From NCBI GenBank assembly GCA_963422645.2, contig CAXXVO010000005.1:256001-320000 (forward strand): DNA of 64,000 bases, in the 5' to 3' direction. Under the pieces are notes generated by a model. That model did not search any database, was not told where the DNA came from, and saw only the letters and a list, made by a program, of their open reading frames with translations. Shown one piece after another: positions 10,647-21,572 of the stretch. Numbering within the stretch: the first letter of the stretch is position 1; every line of letters begins with the position of its first letter. The position numbers were made by a program, and so were the translations under genes. The DNA comes from Alphaproteobacteria bacterium (GTDB taxonomy: Bacteria > Pseudomonadota > Alphaproteobacteria > UBA828).

Positions 10647-10874
10647 ACTTCTCCGGCTCATCCTGAGTATCGCTGTCCTCTCATCTTGTTCGCGACGCGG
10701 CGTTCATCATCCTCTCGCGCTCAAGAGAGTAGGCACCCCCGCGGCGTGGGGGCGTTGACGCAAAAGGAACTGGCTTGTTCCATAAGAGAGAGGGGGTACC
10801 TGGGCAGTTACGATTCGTCTTCCAGCCCCCGGCTCTTTCCGCCATTTGAAATTGCACCATGTCAGGAGTTCTGA

Positions 10875-11454
10875 TATTGTGACCCCTTTCCGCGCCTTCT
10901 TCTCCAATTCTCGAAGCTCGCGCTCCAAGTTGCCGAGTTCTTGTTCGACCGCTCGCGCAATCTCGTCGGCGAGGAACTTCAGAACCATCCTGCTCTGCAG
11001 GGCATTCATTCTGGAATGCTCCGCCTCGTATTCCTCTAAAACCTCATCGACACGAAAGGAGCGCCGTGCGTCGAAATAGCGATGCATTCTGTCTGTATAT
11101 TCCGCGTAGCTTCCGATGCTTTCATTTTCCGGGCCTTCACATACGTGACAGAGCGCTGTGAACTTATCCGGTCCACGCCATTCGCGATAAGCTCGGGTGT
11201 TCACGAGTGCTTCCTCTATCGCCGCAAGCTTCTTTTCCAGTTGTTTGACCTTTTGCCCCAATGAGGACGCTTCGACAGCCTTGTTCGCACGCTCTACCGC
11301 GCGCCTGTAAAGCTTCCAAGGCCGTCGCTTCGGCCTCCAGTTCCCGCTCGACAGCCTCGACATCAGCGGCGTCATCGGCGAGAGACTGGACCGCAGGGAG
11401 TGCCAAGGCGAAGGCGAGAGTTGCAACAGCCAACGCGAGATAAATCTTGCCCAT
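10875..11454 (-). pseudogene. Secreted coiled-coil hypothetical protein, frameshifted near 11305 and cut at the IS B end
   Basis: Signal peptide MGKIYLALAVATLAFALALPAVQSLA with an RBS; continues in ORF 10707-11426 and runs into the IS TIR at 10874. Confidence 0.55.
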
Positions 11455-11704
11455 CGGTCTCGCCTTCTCCAGGATGGTGGCGCTCAGAGCGAGGCGTGGC
11501 CAGTGGGAACGTTCGGGATTCCGCCATCCGAGACAGGATGCGCTAACCATCCAGCCCGATGCGGAGTGCGTCGTTCCGCTACCGGCCACGCCTCAGTTAT
11601 AGATGGTAGAATGGGCGCTGTCACTTAGGCAAGCGGATAATCCCCCATCGCACCCACGTCTGCTCGGTCGATGCACTCCGCGCACTCTCCCTTCCGTCAG
11701 CACC

Positions 11705-14184
11705 TCAGAACCGCATGTTGAGGGTTACGAAGAAGGTGCGTCCCCAGCCGGCCGCGCGCGGCCCGTCGGTCACGGAGGGGTTCGCGGTGTTCGTGGAGAG
11801 CTTCGTGTCGGTGACGTTGTACAGGCCTGCGGTTATCCGCGTGCTTTCGAGCCCTACTGGCTCTCTCCAGTCGAGGGTCAGGTCGTGGCCGGTCCAGGAC
11901 TTGAACCGTCCGTCGCCCCACCGGCTCTCGATCTCATCGCGGTAGTTCACGGCCCAGAAAGCGGTGAGGTCGCCGCGCCCGACCGAGGTCACGATGCGCA
12001 CGGCGTTGCGCGGGAGCGGGTACGGCCGTTCCTCGCCTGCGATGTGCTCCTCGCTGCTGGTGACGTAGCGCCAGAACCCACGCATTGCGACGAAGCCCCA
12101 GCCGGTCTCCGCGCGGGCTCCGAACCTGGTGTTAACTCCCGAGATCTCGGTCTTGACGATGTTCGCGAAGCTATCGTGGATGGTGATGTCTCCGGCCGCG
12201 CGCGCGATGCAGCTGCCGCCGCCGCCCGGCGGACACTCGGGGTGGTTGAGTATCGCCCAGGTGGCATCGTGCTGCCCCGGCAGCTCCGAGGTCGTGAGCC
12301 AGTACCAGTCGGCGACGAGGTAGAATGGCCCCCTGCGGACCTCGGCGCCGATGGAGCGCCTCCCCGATCCCGACGGCTCGAGTTCGGGGTTGCCGCTCGT
12401 AAGACGGGTCACCTGCCGGTAGTTCGCCGTGTCGCACGTGCGAGGCGGCGGTCCACTCTCCGGGACGCAACGGACATAGGGGTGGTCCTGCGATGCGGTG
12501 CTGTGCAGATGGTGCATCGAGGGCGCTTTATCGCCCGTGCTCAACGAGCCGCGCAGCGTCACGATGTCCATCGGGCGGTACTCGGCCCCGAGGCGCCACG
12601 CGCGCAGCCCGCCGACGTCGTCGTACTCGTCGGCCCGTGCTGCGGCTCTCACATCCACGCGGTCGGCGAGGGGCAGGGACGCCTCGGCGAAGGCTCCAGC
12701 CGCATTGCGCTCGCCGGCGTAGCTGGTGCCGCCCGACCCGAGCACGCCATTTACGTCGAGGGTCCGGCCGTCTCTCGCCCGGAACGCCAGCCGGCTGTGG
12801 GCCTCCACGTCGGCGAGTTCGACCCCCGCAGTCCATGCCGAGTCGCGCCCGCCGATGCCCGGCCCGGCGCCCTCGAGCGCGAGACGCGCGCCCAGATATC
12901 GCGAACCGAGGTCCTCCTCCTCGCGTAGGCTGCTCCTCTTGATCGCTTCGAGGTGGTCCGATTCCACCGACAGCGGATCGGTCAGGTCGTACCTTCCGGC
13001 CTCGATCTCTTGCCCGATGATTTCGCGGCGTCCACGAAGGTATCGCCTCTCACCGCGCCGTCGAACCTGAAGGCGCTGACGAGGGCGTCGTAGCCAAGGC
13101 CTTCGCTGAACCGGCCCTTGACGCTTGCCGAGACGTCGTACTCCTCGGTGCTCGTCCTCCAATCCCGGTTGCCATGTCCGATGAAACGGTGCCCGACCGC
13201 GAAGACATCCTCTCCCGTCGCCTCGAACACCGGGTCGGCGTTGCGCGCCGATGCGTTGATTGCGTTGAGCAGGCTCTCGCTCGGGGAGGCGGAGAAGACA
13301 TCGACCGACGGTGCGTAGCGGAAGGCCGAGCTTCCGTCCGTGACGTTTGCGTCCACGTGGAGCTCGGTGTGCTCTCCGAGCGGGTGGTCGAGGCTCAGGA
13401 TTGCGTTTCTCTGGTCGTAGCTCGCGCTGTCCCACCAGAAGTCGCCGTAGGCGAACCCGCAGCCCTTGTCGCCCGAGTCGATCCCCGGCGGGTTGCTGAG
13501 CGGGCCGGTGTAGCCGTGCGCCGGGTCGCATGTGCCGAGCGGCACCGTCCTCAGCGCGCCTTCACTTCTATCGAAGACGTAGACCGTGTTGCCGCCGACG
13601 CTCACGTTTTTCGCCTCGGCGAAGCTCCCGCCCTCCGTCCAATCCGAGCGGCTGTGCTCGCGGGTGCTGCCCGTGATCTCCTGGCGGTCGAGGATGTCGA
13701 CGCCGATGGTCATGTGTCCGCCATCGCCGATCGCGCCGCCCCATACGACGCTGCCCTGACGCGCGTCGCCGCCGTCTTGGCTCGGCATCCTGGCGACCGA
13801 GCGCACGTCGAAGCCGTCCAGATCCTTTCTCAGCACGAGGTTGAATGCGCCACGTACCGCGGCGTGGCCGCCGATCGTCCCCAGGCTCTCGCCTCTCAGC
13901 ACCTCGATGCGCTCGACCGCCGAGAGCGGGAGGGAGTCCAGATTGTGCGCGGTCGTCGCGTAGGGCCGACCGTTCAACATGATGAGCAGGTCGCGCCCTC
14001 CGGTGAAGAAGTAGCGGATGATGCCCGTGTCGAGCATCTCGCCGAACGTCTGGGCGCCGGAGCGCTCAATGAAGCTGCGGTCGTACTCGGCGATGATCTG
14101 CGGGGCCGGCGCGAGGGAGCCGGCTTCGGCTGCGCTCACTCCCAGCAGGGCCAAAACGGCAAGCGATGCCAAAAGGGCCTTCAT
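11705..14184 (-). CDS. TonB-dependent receptor (1-nt frameshift near 13020)
   Basis: Signal peptide, plug motif LDSLPLSAVERIEVL, GNPELEP, GLYNVTD and C-terminal GRTFFVTLNMRF; two ORFs join at an A homopolymer. Confidence 0.85.
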
Positions 14185-14435
14185 CGGATATTTCGTTGGG
14201 GTTCGCCTGCCACGATCCGCCGCTTCCGTGCGTCGCTCGACCTGCACGATCCCCCGCGATCGGAACAGACGGCCTAAGGCGGATGGGTACAGATGTGTCG
14301 CGTTCATACGGGTGCCCTCCCCTCACCCTATGCCGCCGAATCGAACTCGCGGCGTCCGGACGATGGCGCGAGCATAATCGCAACGCTCCCCTGATCGAAG
14401 AGTGACTTTCTTATAGCGGCAATAACATAATCGAA

Positions 14436-15461
14436 GGCTCAATTCGCAAAGCGTAGGCGCGGTCTGGCCATCGCCGCCTCGAGGCACGCTCTGGGCGATG
14501 GCTGATCGCCGAGTTCGATGAGATGGAACCACCTCAGATAGCTGTCCAGGTACTTGGTGGCGATGCCGCGGAAGCCGCGCAGGAAGCCCTTGATCTGGCT
14601 GTGGCGGCTATTGACCGTCTGGATGTGCAGCGCGCCCCGGACCCGCTCGCCAGCAGAAGCGTTGATGCTCTCGTGAGGTATGTCGAGCGCCGCCGCGACG
14701 GGCGGATAGCAGCGCTTGGCGTCGGAGACGAGCAGCGCATCCGCTGCGACCGGCTCCAGCACCTCCTTCACGCTCTTTGCGTTGAGGGCGGGCAGGCTAT
14801 GGCTGAGGGTCTCGCCCGCACGGTCGGCGGCGACCAGGATCGGCACCTGCTCGCGCGAGAGGCCGCGTTTGCGGGCCTTGCCGCCGCGACGGCGCGGCTT
14901 GCGATCCAGCTTCCGCTCCCCCTTGCGGCTCTCGAGAACGAAGGTCTCGTCGGCCTCGACAATCCCGGCAAGCCGGTCCGGCGCTTGCCGAACCGCCGCC
15001 AGGAAGCGGTGGCGCCAGCGATGCGCCGTGCTCGGCGCAATCCCGCAGCGCTCGGCGGACTCCTTGATCGTCTCGCCCTCGGCAAGCGAGGCGCCGAAGG
15101 CCAGCCAGCGCTCCTTGTGGTGCAGCCCTGACAGCGCCGTGCCCGTGAGTGCACCGAAGGTCTTCCCGCAGTCCTTGCACCGGAAGCGGCGAAGACCTCG
15201 CGCCTTGCCCCGCGACACCGCCCCGCCTGCGCCGCAATGCGGACAGCGCCGCTCGTCATCCACGCCCAGCTCGATCGCCGCCAGCGAGGCCGCGCCCTCC
15301 GGAGGCTCCGACAGCACCGCCCCGACCTCCTTGCGCTGCGCCGCCGTCAACTCATCGACACGCGAGAACCACTCCCGAAACCGCTCGTGATCCATCTGCC
15401 TGACCTCCAAGGCGAACCGGGAAAGATTCTATCACAATGCATACGATTCACGAATTGAGCC
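14436..15461 (-). mobile_element. IS1595-family insertion sequence
   Basis: TIRs GGCTCAATTCG(C/T)...; 8-bp TSD TAATCGAA at 14428-14435 and 15462-15469. Confidence 0.95.
14439..15410 (-). CDS. IS1595-family transposase
   Basis: CPHC...CKDC zinc ribbon, HTH, IVEADETF, LVSD, HIQTVN and GIATKYLDSYL. Confidence 0.93.
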   Translation of the reverse strand: MEVRQMDHERFREWFSRVDELTAAQRKEVGAVLSEPPEGAASLAAIELGVDDERRCPHCGAGGAVSRGKARGLRRFRCKDCGKTFGALTGTALSGLHHKERWLAFGASLAEGETIKESAERCGIAPSTAHRWRHRFLAAVRQAPDRLAGIVEADETFVLESRKGERKLDRKPRRRGGKARKRGLSREQVPILVAADRAGETLSHSLPALNAKSVKEVLEPVAADALLVSDAKRCYPPVAAALDIPHESINASAGERVRGALHIQTVNSRHSQIKGFLRGFRGIATKYLDSYLRWFHLIELGDQPSPRACLEAAMARPRLRFAN

Positions 15462-15510
15462 TAATCGAATGGTTGCGAGGGCCGACGGCCTCGTCGCGGA
15501 GGGGCGGTAC

Positions 15511-16368
15511 TTAGCGACCGTAGTTGAAGTCTGTCTCTTCGCTGTCCTCGTACTCGGCGAGCATTTCATCCATCTCCGCGTACATCGCCTCTTCTTCTTC
15601 CTGCTTCTTGCGGCGCTTCTTCTCGACGAAGCCGACAGAGATGATCGAGATCTCATAGAGCGCGATCAGCGGGATGCCGAGACCGATCTGGCTGAACAGA
15701 TCGGGCGGGGTGAGGATCGCCGCCGCAATGAACACGATGACGATGGCGTACTTCCGCTTGCGCCTGAGCCCGGCAGAGGTGGCGAGGCCGGCGCGGCCCA
15801 TCAGCGTCAGCATCACCGGAAGCTGGAAGGCAATGCCGAAGGCGAAGATCAGCTTCATCACCAGCGAGAGGTACTCGCCAATTCTTGGCAGCAGCTCGAG
15901 ACCGAGGCGGTCGTCGGTACTTCCTTCCTGGAAGGAAATGAAGAAGTTGAAGGCCTGCGGAAAGATGAAGTAGTAGACCAGCCCGCCGCCCGAGAAGAAC
16001 AGGATCGGCGTGATGAAGAGGAAGGGCAGGACAGCCTTCTTCTCGTTCCTGTAGAGTCCCGGCGCCACGAACATCCAGAACTGCATGGCGATCAGCGGGA
16101 AGGAGACGAAGAAGGCGCCCCAGAAAGCGATCTTCAGCTCGGTGAAGAACGCCTCCAGCAGGTGGGTGTAGATCAAGTTGGTATCGTACCCTCCCTCGGC
16201 GAGCACGTCGCGCAAGGGCTCGACCAGAAAGGCAAAAATTTCCGGGGCCACGTACCAGCAGCCGAGAAAGGCGATGACGAGCCCGATGGCCGCGAAGGCG
16301 AGACGACGCCTGAGCTCGATCAGATGTTCGATCAGCGGCGCGCGCGATTGTTCGATCTGGTCAACCAC
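15511..16368 (-). CDS. tatC: Twin-arginine translocase subunit TatC
   Basis: PLIEHLIELRRRL, FVAPGLY, FGIAFQLPV, LTPPD and LYE motifs. Confidence 0.97.
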   Translation of the reverse strand: MVDQIEQSRAPLIEHLIELRRRLAFAAIGLVIAFLGCWYVAPEIFAFLVEPLRDVLAEGGYDTNLIYTHLLEAFFTELKIAFWGAFFVSFPLIAMQFWMFVAPGLYRNEKKAVLPFLFITPILFFSGGGLVYYFIFPQAFNFFISFQEGSTDDRLGLELLPRIGEYLSLVMKLIFAFGIAFQLPVMLTLMGRAGLATSAGLRRKRKYAIVIVFIAAAILTPPDLFSQIGLGIPLIALYEISIISVGFVEKKRRKKQEEEEAMYAEMDEMLAEYEDSEETDFNYGR

Positions 16369-16505
16369 GGGCTAAGCTCTCGCCGGGGCAGCGCCCCGCA
16401 TCGTCCTGAAAAGATTGCACCGCACGCGCGCCCCCGGGTCGGGCCTGCGCGGCGCTGACACGCCAAGCGTGAGCCGCTTCGACATCCAACTAATCTACCC
16501 TGCGC

Positions 16506-17033
16506 CTAGGCGCTCGCGCCACGCGGGGGTGGGTCGTCTGTGCCGCTGCCTTGAGCCTCCCCAGCCGCCGTCGGTGCCGCCTGTGCCGTTGCGGGCTCGC
16601 TCTCGGCCGCTGATGCGGCAGCGGTCTCGGCCTGGCCGCCGTCGGTTTCGGCCGGCTGGCTGGCCGGCGGCTCCCCACCGTTGGGCTTGGCCGCCGCGGT
16701 CTTGGCCGACGCCATGGCGTCCTCGCTGAACATTTTGTTCACCGAATCCGTGCCCTCGGCGACATCCTTCTTGATCGCGTCCGCACCTTCAGCCACATCG
16801 CGCTGGGCGGTGGAGAGCTCGCGGTTGGCCTCATCGATTTCCTTCTTGACCGCATCGATCTCGGTCGCGTCCGCGGCCTCCTCGATGGTCCTCTGGAAGT
16901 CGCGAGCGTAGCCGCGCGCCTTGCCCATCCACTGCCCTGCGGTCTTGACGATGCGAGGCAGATCCTTCGGCCCGACGACGATCAGGGCGATCAGCATCAG
17001 GATGATGAGCTCTTGCCAACCGATGTCGAACAT
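16506..17033 (-). CDS. tatB: Twin-arginine translocase subunit TatB
   Basis: MFDIGWQELIIL...VVGPKDLP. Confidence 0.95.
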   Translation of the reverse strand: MFDIGWQELIILMLIALIVVGPKDLPRIVKTAGQWMGKARGYARDFQRTIEEAADATEIDAVKKEIDEANRELSTAQRDVAEGADAIKKDVAEGTDSVNKMFSEDAMASAKTAAAKPNGGEPPASQPAETDGGQAETAAASAAESEPATAQAAPTAAGEAQGSGTDDPPPRGASA

Positions 17034-17097
17034 TGTTTCCCCCGCTGCAGTAGCGGGTGATCTCCCTATTTCTGTTCAGCCGCTCGGCGTCTAGCGT

Positions 17098-17364
17098 CTA
17101 GGTCTTGGCGGCTTCGTCCTTCTTGACGGCGCTGGCTTCGATGGTTGCGGCATCGCCCTCGATCACCTTGGGCTCCTGCGGAGCCTCAGCGGTCGCGGTC
17201 GCGGTCTGTGCCGGCGGCGGAGGCGCCTCGCCTTCCCGCATACCGCTCTTGAAGCTCTTGATGCCCTTGGCGAAGTCGCCCATCAGGCGCGGCAGCTTGC
17301 CGGCGCCGAACAACACCACGACCACCAGGACGATCAGAAGGATTTGCCAAATCGAGATACCCAT
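17098..17364 (-). CDS. tatA: Twin-arginine translocase subunit TatA
   Basis: MGISIWQILLIVLVVVVLFGAGKLP...GIKSFK. Confidence 0.96.
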   Translation of the reverse strand: MGISIWQILLIVLVVVVLFGAGKLPRLMGDFAKGIKSFKSGMREGEAPPPPAQTATATAEAPQEPKVIEGDAATIEASAVKKDEAAKT

Positions 17365-17458
17365 GACACGGCTCCAGTTTCACCACGGCTGCGGCGGCAC
17401 GACGCCCGGTCGCGGGCGCTTCATCCGCCGTACGTTATCGGTCCCGCAGCCTTGTCGC

Positions 17459-18559
17459 CTACAGGTCCCGTGTCGCAGGGAACACAAAAGTTCGGCGTGG
17501 GTCAAGCCGAATGCGGACAACGTCGTCGACGCCAGGTGCGCAGTCGTCGGCGACGTTGAGCGTCAGCGGCTCCGCGTGGCCGTCGATCGCGAGCTTCAAT
17601 TGGCTGGTCGAGCCCATCGGCCGGCTGTCCAGAACCCGGGCAGACGGCAGCCCGTCGGCGTCGTCCGCCGCGCCCTTCAGCAGCGCCACGGCCTCGGGCC
17701 TGACGTAGACACGCACCTTGCAGCCCTCGCCGCAGCCGGTGGGTGCGCGCCCGATGGGCGTCTCCACCGCGCGGTCTCTGACCCGGCCGTCGAAGGCCGG
17801 GAGCGCGCCGAAGAAGCGCGCGACGAAGGGGCTCGCCGGCTTTCGGCAGAGCCGGTCCGGGCTCCCCACCTGGACCAGCACGCCGTCCCGCATCAAAGCG
17901 ATCTGGTCCGCCATCAGCAGCGCTTCGTCCGCATCGTGGGTGACCAGCACGATCGGCACCCCCGCCTCGCGGAGAAAGCGCAGAGTGTCGTCGCGGACCT
18001 GCTCCCGAAGGCGTTCGTCCAGGCCGGAGAAGGGCTCGTCCAGCAGCATGGCGCGGGGCGCCGGCGCGAGCGCGCGGGCAAGCGCCACGCGCTGCTGCTC
18101 CCCGCCGGAGAGCTCGTGCGGATAGGCCTTGGCGAGCGCCGCGAGCCCGAGCCGCTCCAACATCCCGAACGCCACGCGCCGGCGCTCCGCCCTTGGCGCT
18201 GCCGTCAGCCCGAAGCCCACGTTGTCGATGGCGCGCACGTGCGGGAAGAGCGCGTAGTCCTGGAACATCAGGCCGATGCGGCGCTTCTCCGGCGCGACGA
18301 AGCGGTGCGGGCCGGCGACTTCCTCGCCATCGATCAGAACGCGGCCTGCGTGCGGGCGCTCAAGGCCGGCGGCGATCCTGAGCAGGGTGGTCTTGCCGCA
18401 TCCTGACGGGCCCAGCAGGCACATGATCTCGCCGGGTCCGACCACCAGATCGACGCCCTTGACCACCGGCGCCGCGTCGTAGGCGTGGTGGATGCCTTCG
18501 AACGCCAGCCACCTCGACGCGCCGGTGCCCGGCGCACGCGCCGCCCTTTCGGCCGCCAT
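17459..18559 (-). CDS. ABC transporter ATP-binding protein (FbpC/PotA-like)
   Basis: GPSGCGKTT, FQDYALFPH, LSGGEQQR, LLDEPFS and a C-terminal TOBE-like region. Confidence 0.9.
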   Translation of the reverse strand: MAAERAARAPGTGASRWLAFEGIHHAYDAAPVVKGVDLVVGPGEIMCLLGPSGCGKTTLLRIAAGLERPHAGRVLIDGEEVAGPHRFVAPEKRRIGLMFQDYALFPHVRAIDNVGFGLTAAPRAERRRVAFGMLERLGLAALAKAYPHELSGGEQQRVALARALAPAPRAMLLDEPFSGLDERLREQVRDDTLRFLREAGVPIVLVTHDADEALLMADQIALMRDGVLVQVGSPDRLCRKPASPFVARFFGALPAFDGRVRDRAVETPIGRAPTGCGEGCKVRVYVRPEAVALLKGAADDADGLPSARVLDSRPMGSTSQLKLAIDGHAEPLTLNVADDCAPGVDDVVRIRLDPRRTFVFPATRDL

Positions 18560-18742
18560 CGGCTCAGCCAATCCGTGCACGATCAAGACCCTGCGAGTGC
18601 AAGTCATTGTCAGAATAGCGCGACGGCAGACCACTGTCTATCCCCCGAGCGGGCGGTATCGCCTGTCTCGGCAGCCCGGGTTGATGAGGCCCTAATCTAT
18701 GACTACGGTGCCGCCCGTCACCGCGCCATATCGGGGGAGAGC

Positions 18743-20549
18743 ATGGAGCTTCGACGGGAAGCCTTGATCGACGTGGCGATGGGCTACAAGCCCGCCGACA
18801 CGGTCATCACGGGCGGCCGTGTGGTCAATGTCCACACCGGCACCATCAAGGCGGAAGGCATCGCCATCAAGGGCGAGCGCATCGCGGCCGTCGGCGACGT
18901 CACGTACGCCGTCGGCGACGACACCGAGGTCATCGATGCCGAGGGCCGTTTCCTGGTGCCGGGGCTGATCGACCCCCACTGCCATCAGTGGCACACCTAC
19001 GCCAACTCCACCGTCTTCGCGGCCTGCAGGCTACTACACGGCTCGACGACCATCGTGGACGGGGCTTCTACGGCCACGCCATCGTCAACGGTATGCGCGC
19101 TTCGCGCTTCTTCCTCGACGAGCTGCTGGCGACGCCGGTCAAGCCGCTCTTCGTCACCCCCACCATGTGCTACACCCAGAACCGCGGCATCGGCTTCCCC
19201 GCCTCGCCCAATGCGCCCAGCATCGACGACCTGCGCGACTCGCTGACCTGGCCGGAGACCAAGGGCATCGAGGAGATCAGCCCGGAGCTGATGCTCTATC
19301 AGAACCAGCGTGACCGGGCGCTGCTCAGCCTCATGGAAGAGGCGCTCGACATGGGCAAGGTGATCCAGGGCCACTCGGCGGGCATGACCGACGAGAAGAT
19401 CACCAACGCGCCTGGGTCGCCTCCGGAATCATGCACAACCACGAGATCGTCAACGCCTCGGAGACCCGCCGTCAAGCCGAGCTCGGCATCTGGATCGTGA
19501 TCCGAGAAGGTAGCGCGTGCAAGGACATAGAGGCGTGCCTTCCGGTGATTACTGAGGAAGGCTATCACGCCCGCGCCTTCCAGCTCTGCACCGACGTGAT
19601 CACGCCCGACTGGATGCTGGAGCGGGGCCAGATGGACAACGCCATCCGCGTCGCCGTGCAGAAGGGCTTGGACCCGATGACCGCGATCCAGATGTCCACC
19701 ATCCAGCCGGCGGAGTTCTATCGGGTGAACCACGACATGGGCATGATCGCGGCGGGGCGCTTCGCCGACATCGTCTTCGTCGACACCCTCGAAGGATTCG
19801 AGATCGACCGTGTCATGGCCAACGGCAAGGTATGGGTCGAAGGCGGCAAGCTCATAGCCCCGCTCAAGAACCCGGATTACCCCGACTGGCTCTACGGCAC
19901 CATGAACATCGACCGGGTGCTCAGGCCCGAGGACTTCCGCATCGAGGCGCCGGCCGGCGCCGGGGATACCGTGAAGGTCCAGTGCATCAACACGCGGGAC
20001 GGCTCGCTGGAGACTCCGGGGTCGGTCGAGACGCTCCGCGTGGTCGACGGCTGCGTCGAGGCGGATCCCGAGAAGGGCATCAACAAGATCTGCATGATCG
20101 ACCGGATCATGGGCACCGGTGAGGTGGGCGTCGCCTTCGTCAAGGGTTTCGGGATCAAGGAAGGCTGCATCGGCACCACCGCCAACGTCTTCAACCAGAA
20201 CATCGTCCTGGTCGGCGCCTCGGACGAGGACATGGCGGCGGCTGCCAACGAGACCATCAAGATGGACGGCGGCTTCATCGCGCTGCGCAAGGGCAGGGTC
20301 GAAGCGTCGCTGCCGACGCCGCTGAACGGGCTTGCCTCCGACCTCCCTTTCGACGAGCTTTTCGAGCGTCAATACAAGCTTCTAGACGCTTGGCGTGACA
20401 TGGGTTGCGAACTCGAAACGCCGCAGATGAACCTCGAATTCGTCTCTCTCGTCACCATCCCCTACTACCGCATCAGCACCAAGGGCCTCGCCTACATGAC
20501 CCAGGACCGCTTCGAGCTCGCCGAGCTCTTCGTCGACGAAGCGGCCTGA
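18743..20549 (+). CDS. Adenine deaminase-like amidohydrolase, split by two frameshifts (~19062 and ~19409)
   Basis: DAEGRFLVPGLIDPHCH, IQGH, IREGSA, LCTD and an Ade-type C-terminal domain, spread over ORFs 18485-19246, 18988-19500 and 19431-20549. Confidence 0.8.
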
Positions 20550-20556
20550 GGCGGCT

Positions 20557-21549
20557 GTGGCGCAGGGAGCGGAGGCGGAGCAGGGCGCAGCCCGCGAGAT
20601 CAGGCTCGGCGTGATCGGCGCCGGCCACTTCGGGCGCTACCACGCCCAAAAGTATGCAGCGCTCGACCGCGCCCGCCTGGTCGCGATCGTCGACGTCGAT
20701 ACTGACCGAGCCGCCGCCGTCGCGGGCCCGCTCGGCGCCGATGCCTTGACCGACCACCGCGCGCTGATCGGCCGGGTGGACGCGGCATCGGTCGCTGTGC
20801 CCGCCGCCGCGCACTACGCGGTGGTGAAGGATTTTCTCGATGCCGGCATTCACGTGCTGGTGGAAAAACCCTTCACCGAGACCGTCGCCACCGCCCGGGA
20901 ACTGACGGCCCTGGCCGAGGCCAAGGGGCTGGTGCTGCAGGTCGGGCTGATCGAGCGCTTCTCCGACACCTTCCGCGCCGTCGCCCCGTGCATCACCCGT
21001 CCGCTCTACATCGAATCCATCCGCGTCGGCCCCTTCTCGGAGCGTGGCACCGACGTGAGCGTGGTCTTCGACCTGATGATCCACGACATCGACATCATCC
21101 TGGCGCTGGTCGACGCGCCGGTCGCCGACATCGATGCCGTCGGTACGCCGGTGTTCTCCGGTAGCGAGGACATCGCCAACGCCCGACTCAAGTTCGCCAA
21201 CGGCTGTGTCGCCAACGTCACCGCGAGCCGGGTCAGCCTCAAGACCGAGCGCTCGCTCCGCATCTTTCAGCCCGACATGTACATCGCGGTCGACCACGGC
21301 GAGCGCAGCGTCAGGATCGCGCGCAAGAAGAACGACGGCGCGCCAGCGTCACCCGACAACGTGGCGATGGAGCAGGCGAGCTTCGAGCAAGGCGACGCGC
21401 TCATGCGCGAGGTCGAGGCGTTCGTGCACGCGGTGCGGACGGGCGGGACGCCGGAAGTGACCGGTACCGACGGCGTGCGCTCGCTCGAGGTCGCCCACCG
21501 CATCACCGCCAGCATGAGCGAGAACCGGGCGGCCGTGAAGCTCTCCTGA
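20557..21549 (+). CDS. Gfo/Idh/MocA-family oxidoreductase (GnnA-like)
   Basis: GVIGAGHFG, HVLVEKP, DLMIHDID and NVTASRVS. Confidence 0.9.
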   Translation: MAQGAEAEQGAAREIRLGVIGAGHFGRYHAQKYAALDRARLVAIVDVDTDRAAAVAGPLGADALTDHRALIGRVDAASVAVPAAAHYAVVKDFLDAGIHVLVEKPFTETVATARELTALAEAKGLVLQVGLIERFSDTFRAVAPCITRPLYIESIRVGPFSERGTDVSVVFDLMIHDIDIILALVDAPVADIDAVGTPVFSGSEDIANARLKFANGCVANVTASRVSLKTERSLRIFQPDMYIAVDHGERSVRIARKKNDGAPASPDNVAMEQASFEQGDALMREVEAFVHAVRTGGTPEVTGTDGVRSLEVAHRITASMSENRAAVKLS

Positions 21550-21572
21550 GTCCCGGTCGCGCGTCTGGTGCG

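Larger units (their letters stand above)
9597..10811. mobile_element. Non-autonomous IS66-ended element carrying a DNA methyltransferase
   Basis: 19-bp TIRs GTAACTACCCAGGTACCCC / GGGGTACCTGGGCAGTTAC (1 mismatch); 8-bp TSD GATTCGTC at 9589-9596 and 10812-10819; ends match the IS66 at 43642-45529. Confidence 0.92.
7091..10874 (+). mobile_element. Insertion sequence B (same family as IS A), with a nested 1.2-kb element near its 3' end
   Basis: Imperfect TIRs TCAGACTTCCTGACAT (7091) and ATGTCAGGAGTTCTGA (ends 10874); no TSD. Confidence 0.85.

Noticed and set aside
5880-19420. Frameshifts near 5895, 11305, 13020, 19062 and 19409 as programmed frameshifting or true pseudogenes
   Set aside because: All are 1-2 nt indels in short homopolymer or dinucleotide runs within otherwise intact genes, with no slippery heptamer plus hairpin. 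Long-read consensus error is the simplest explanation, but read data are needed to decide.
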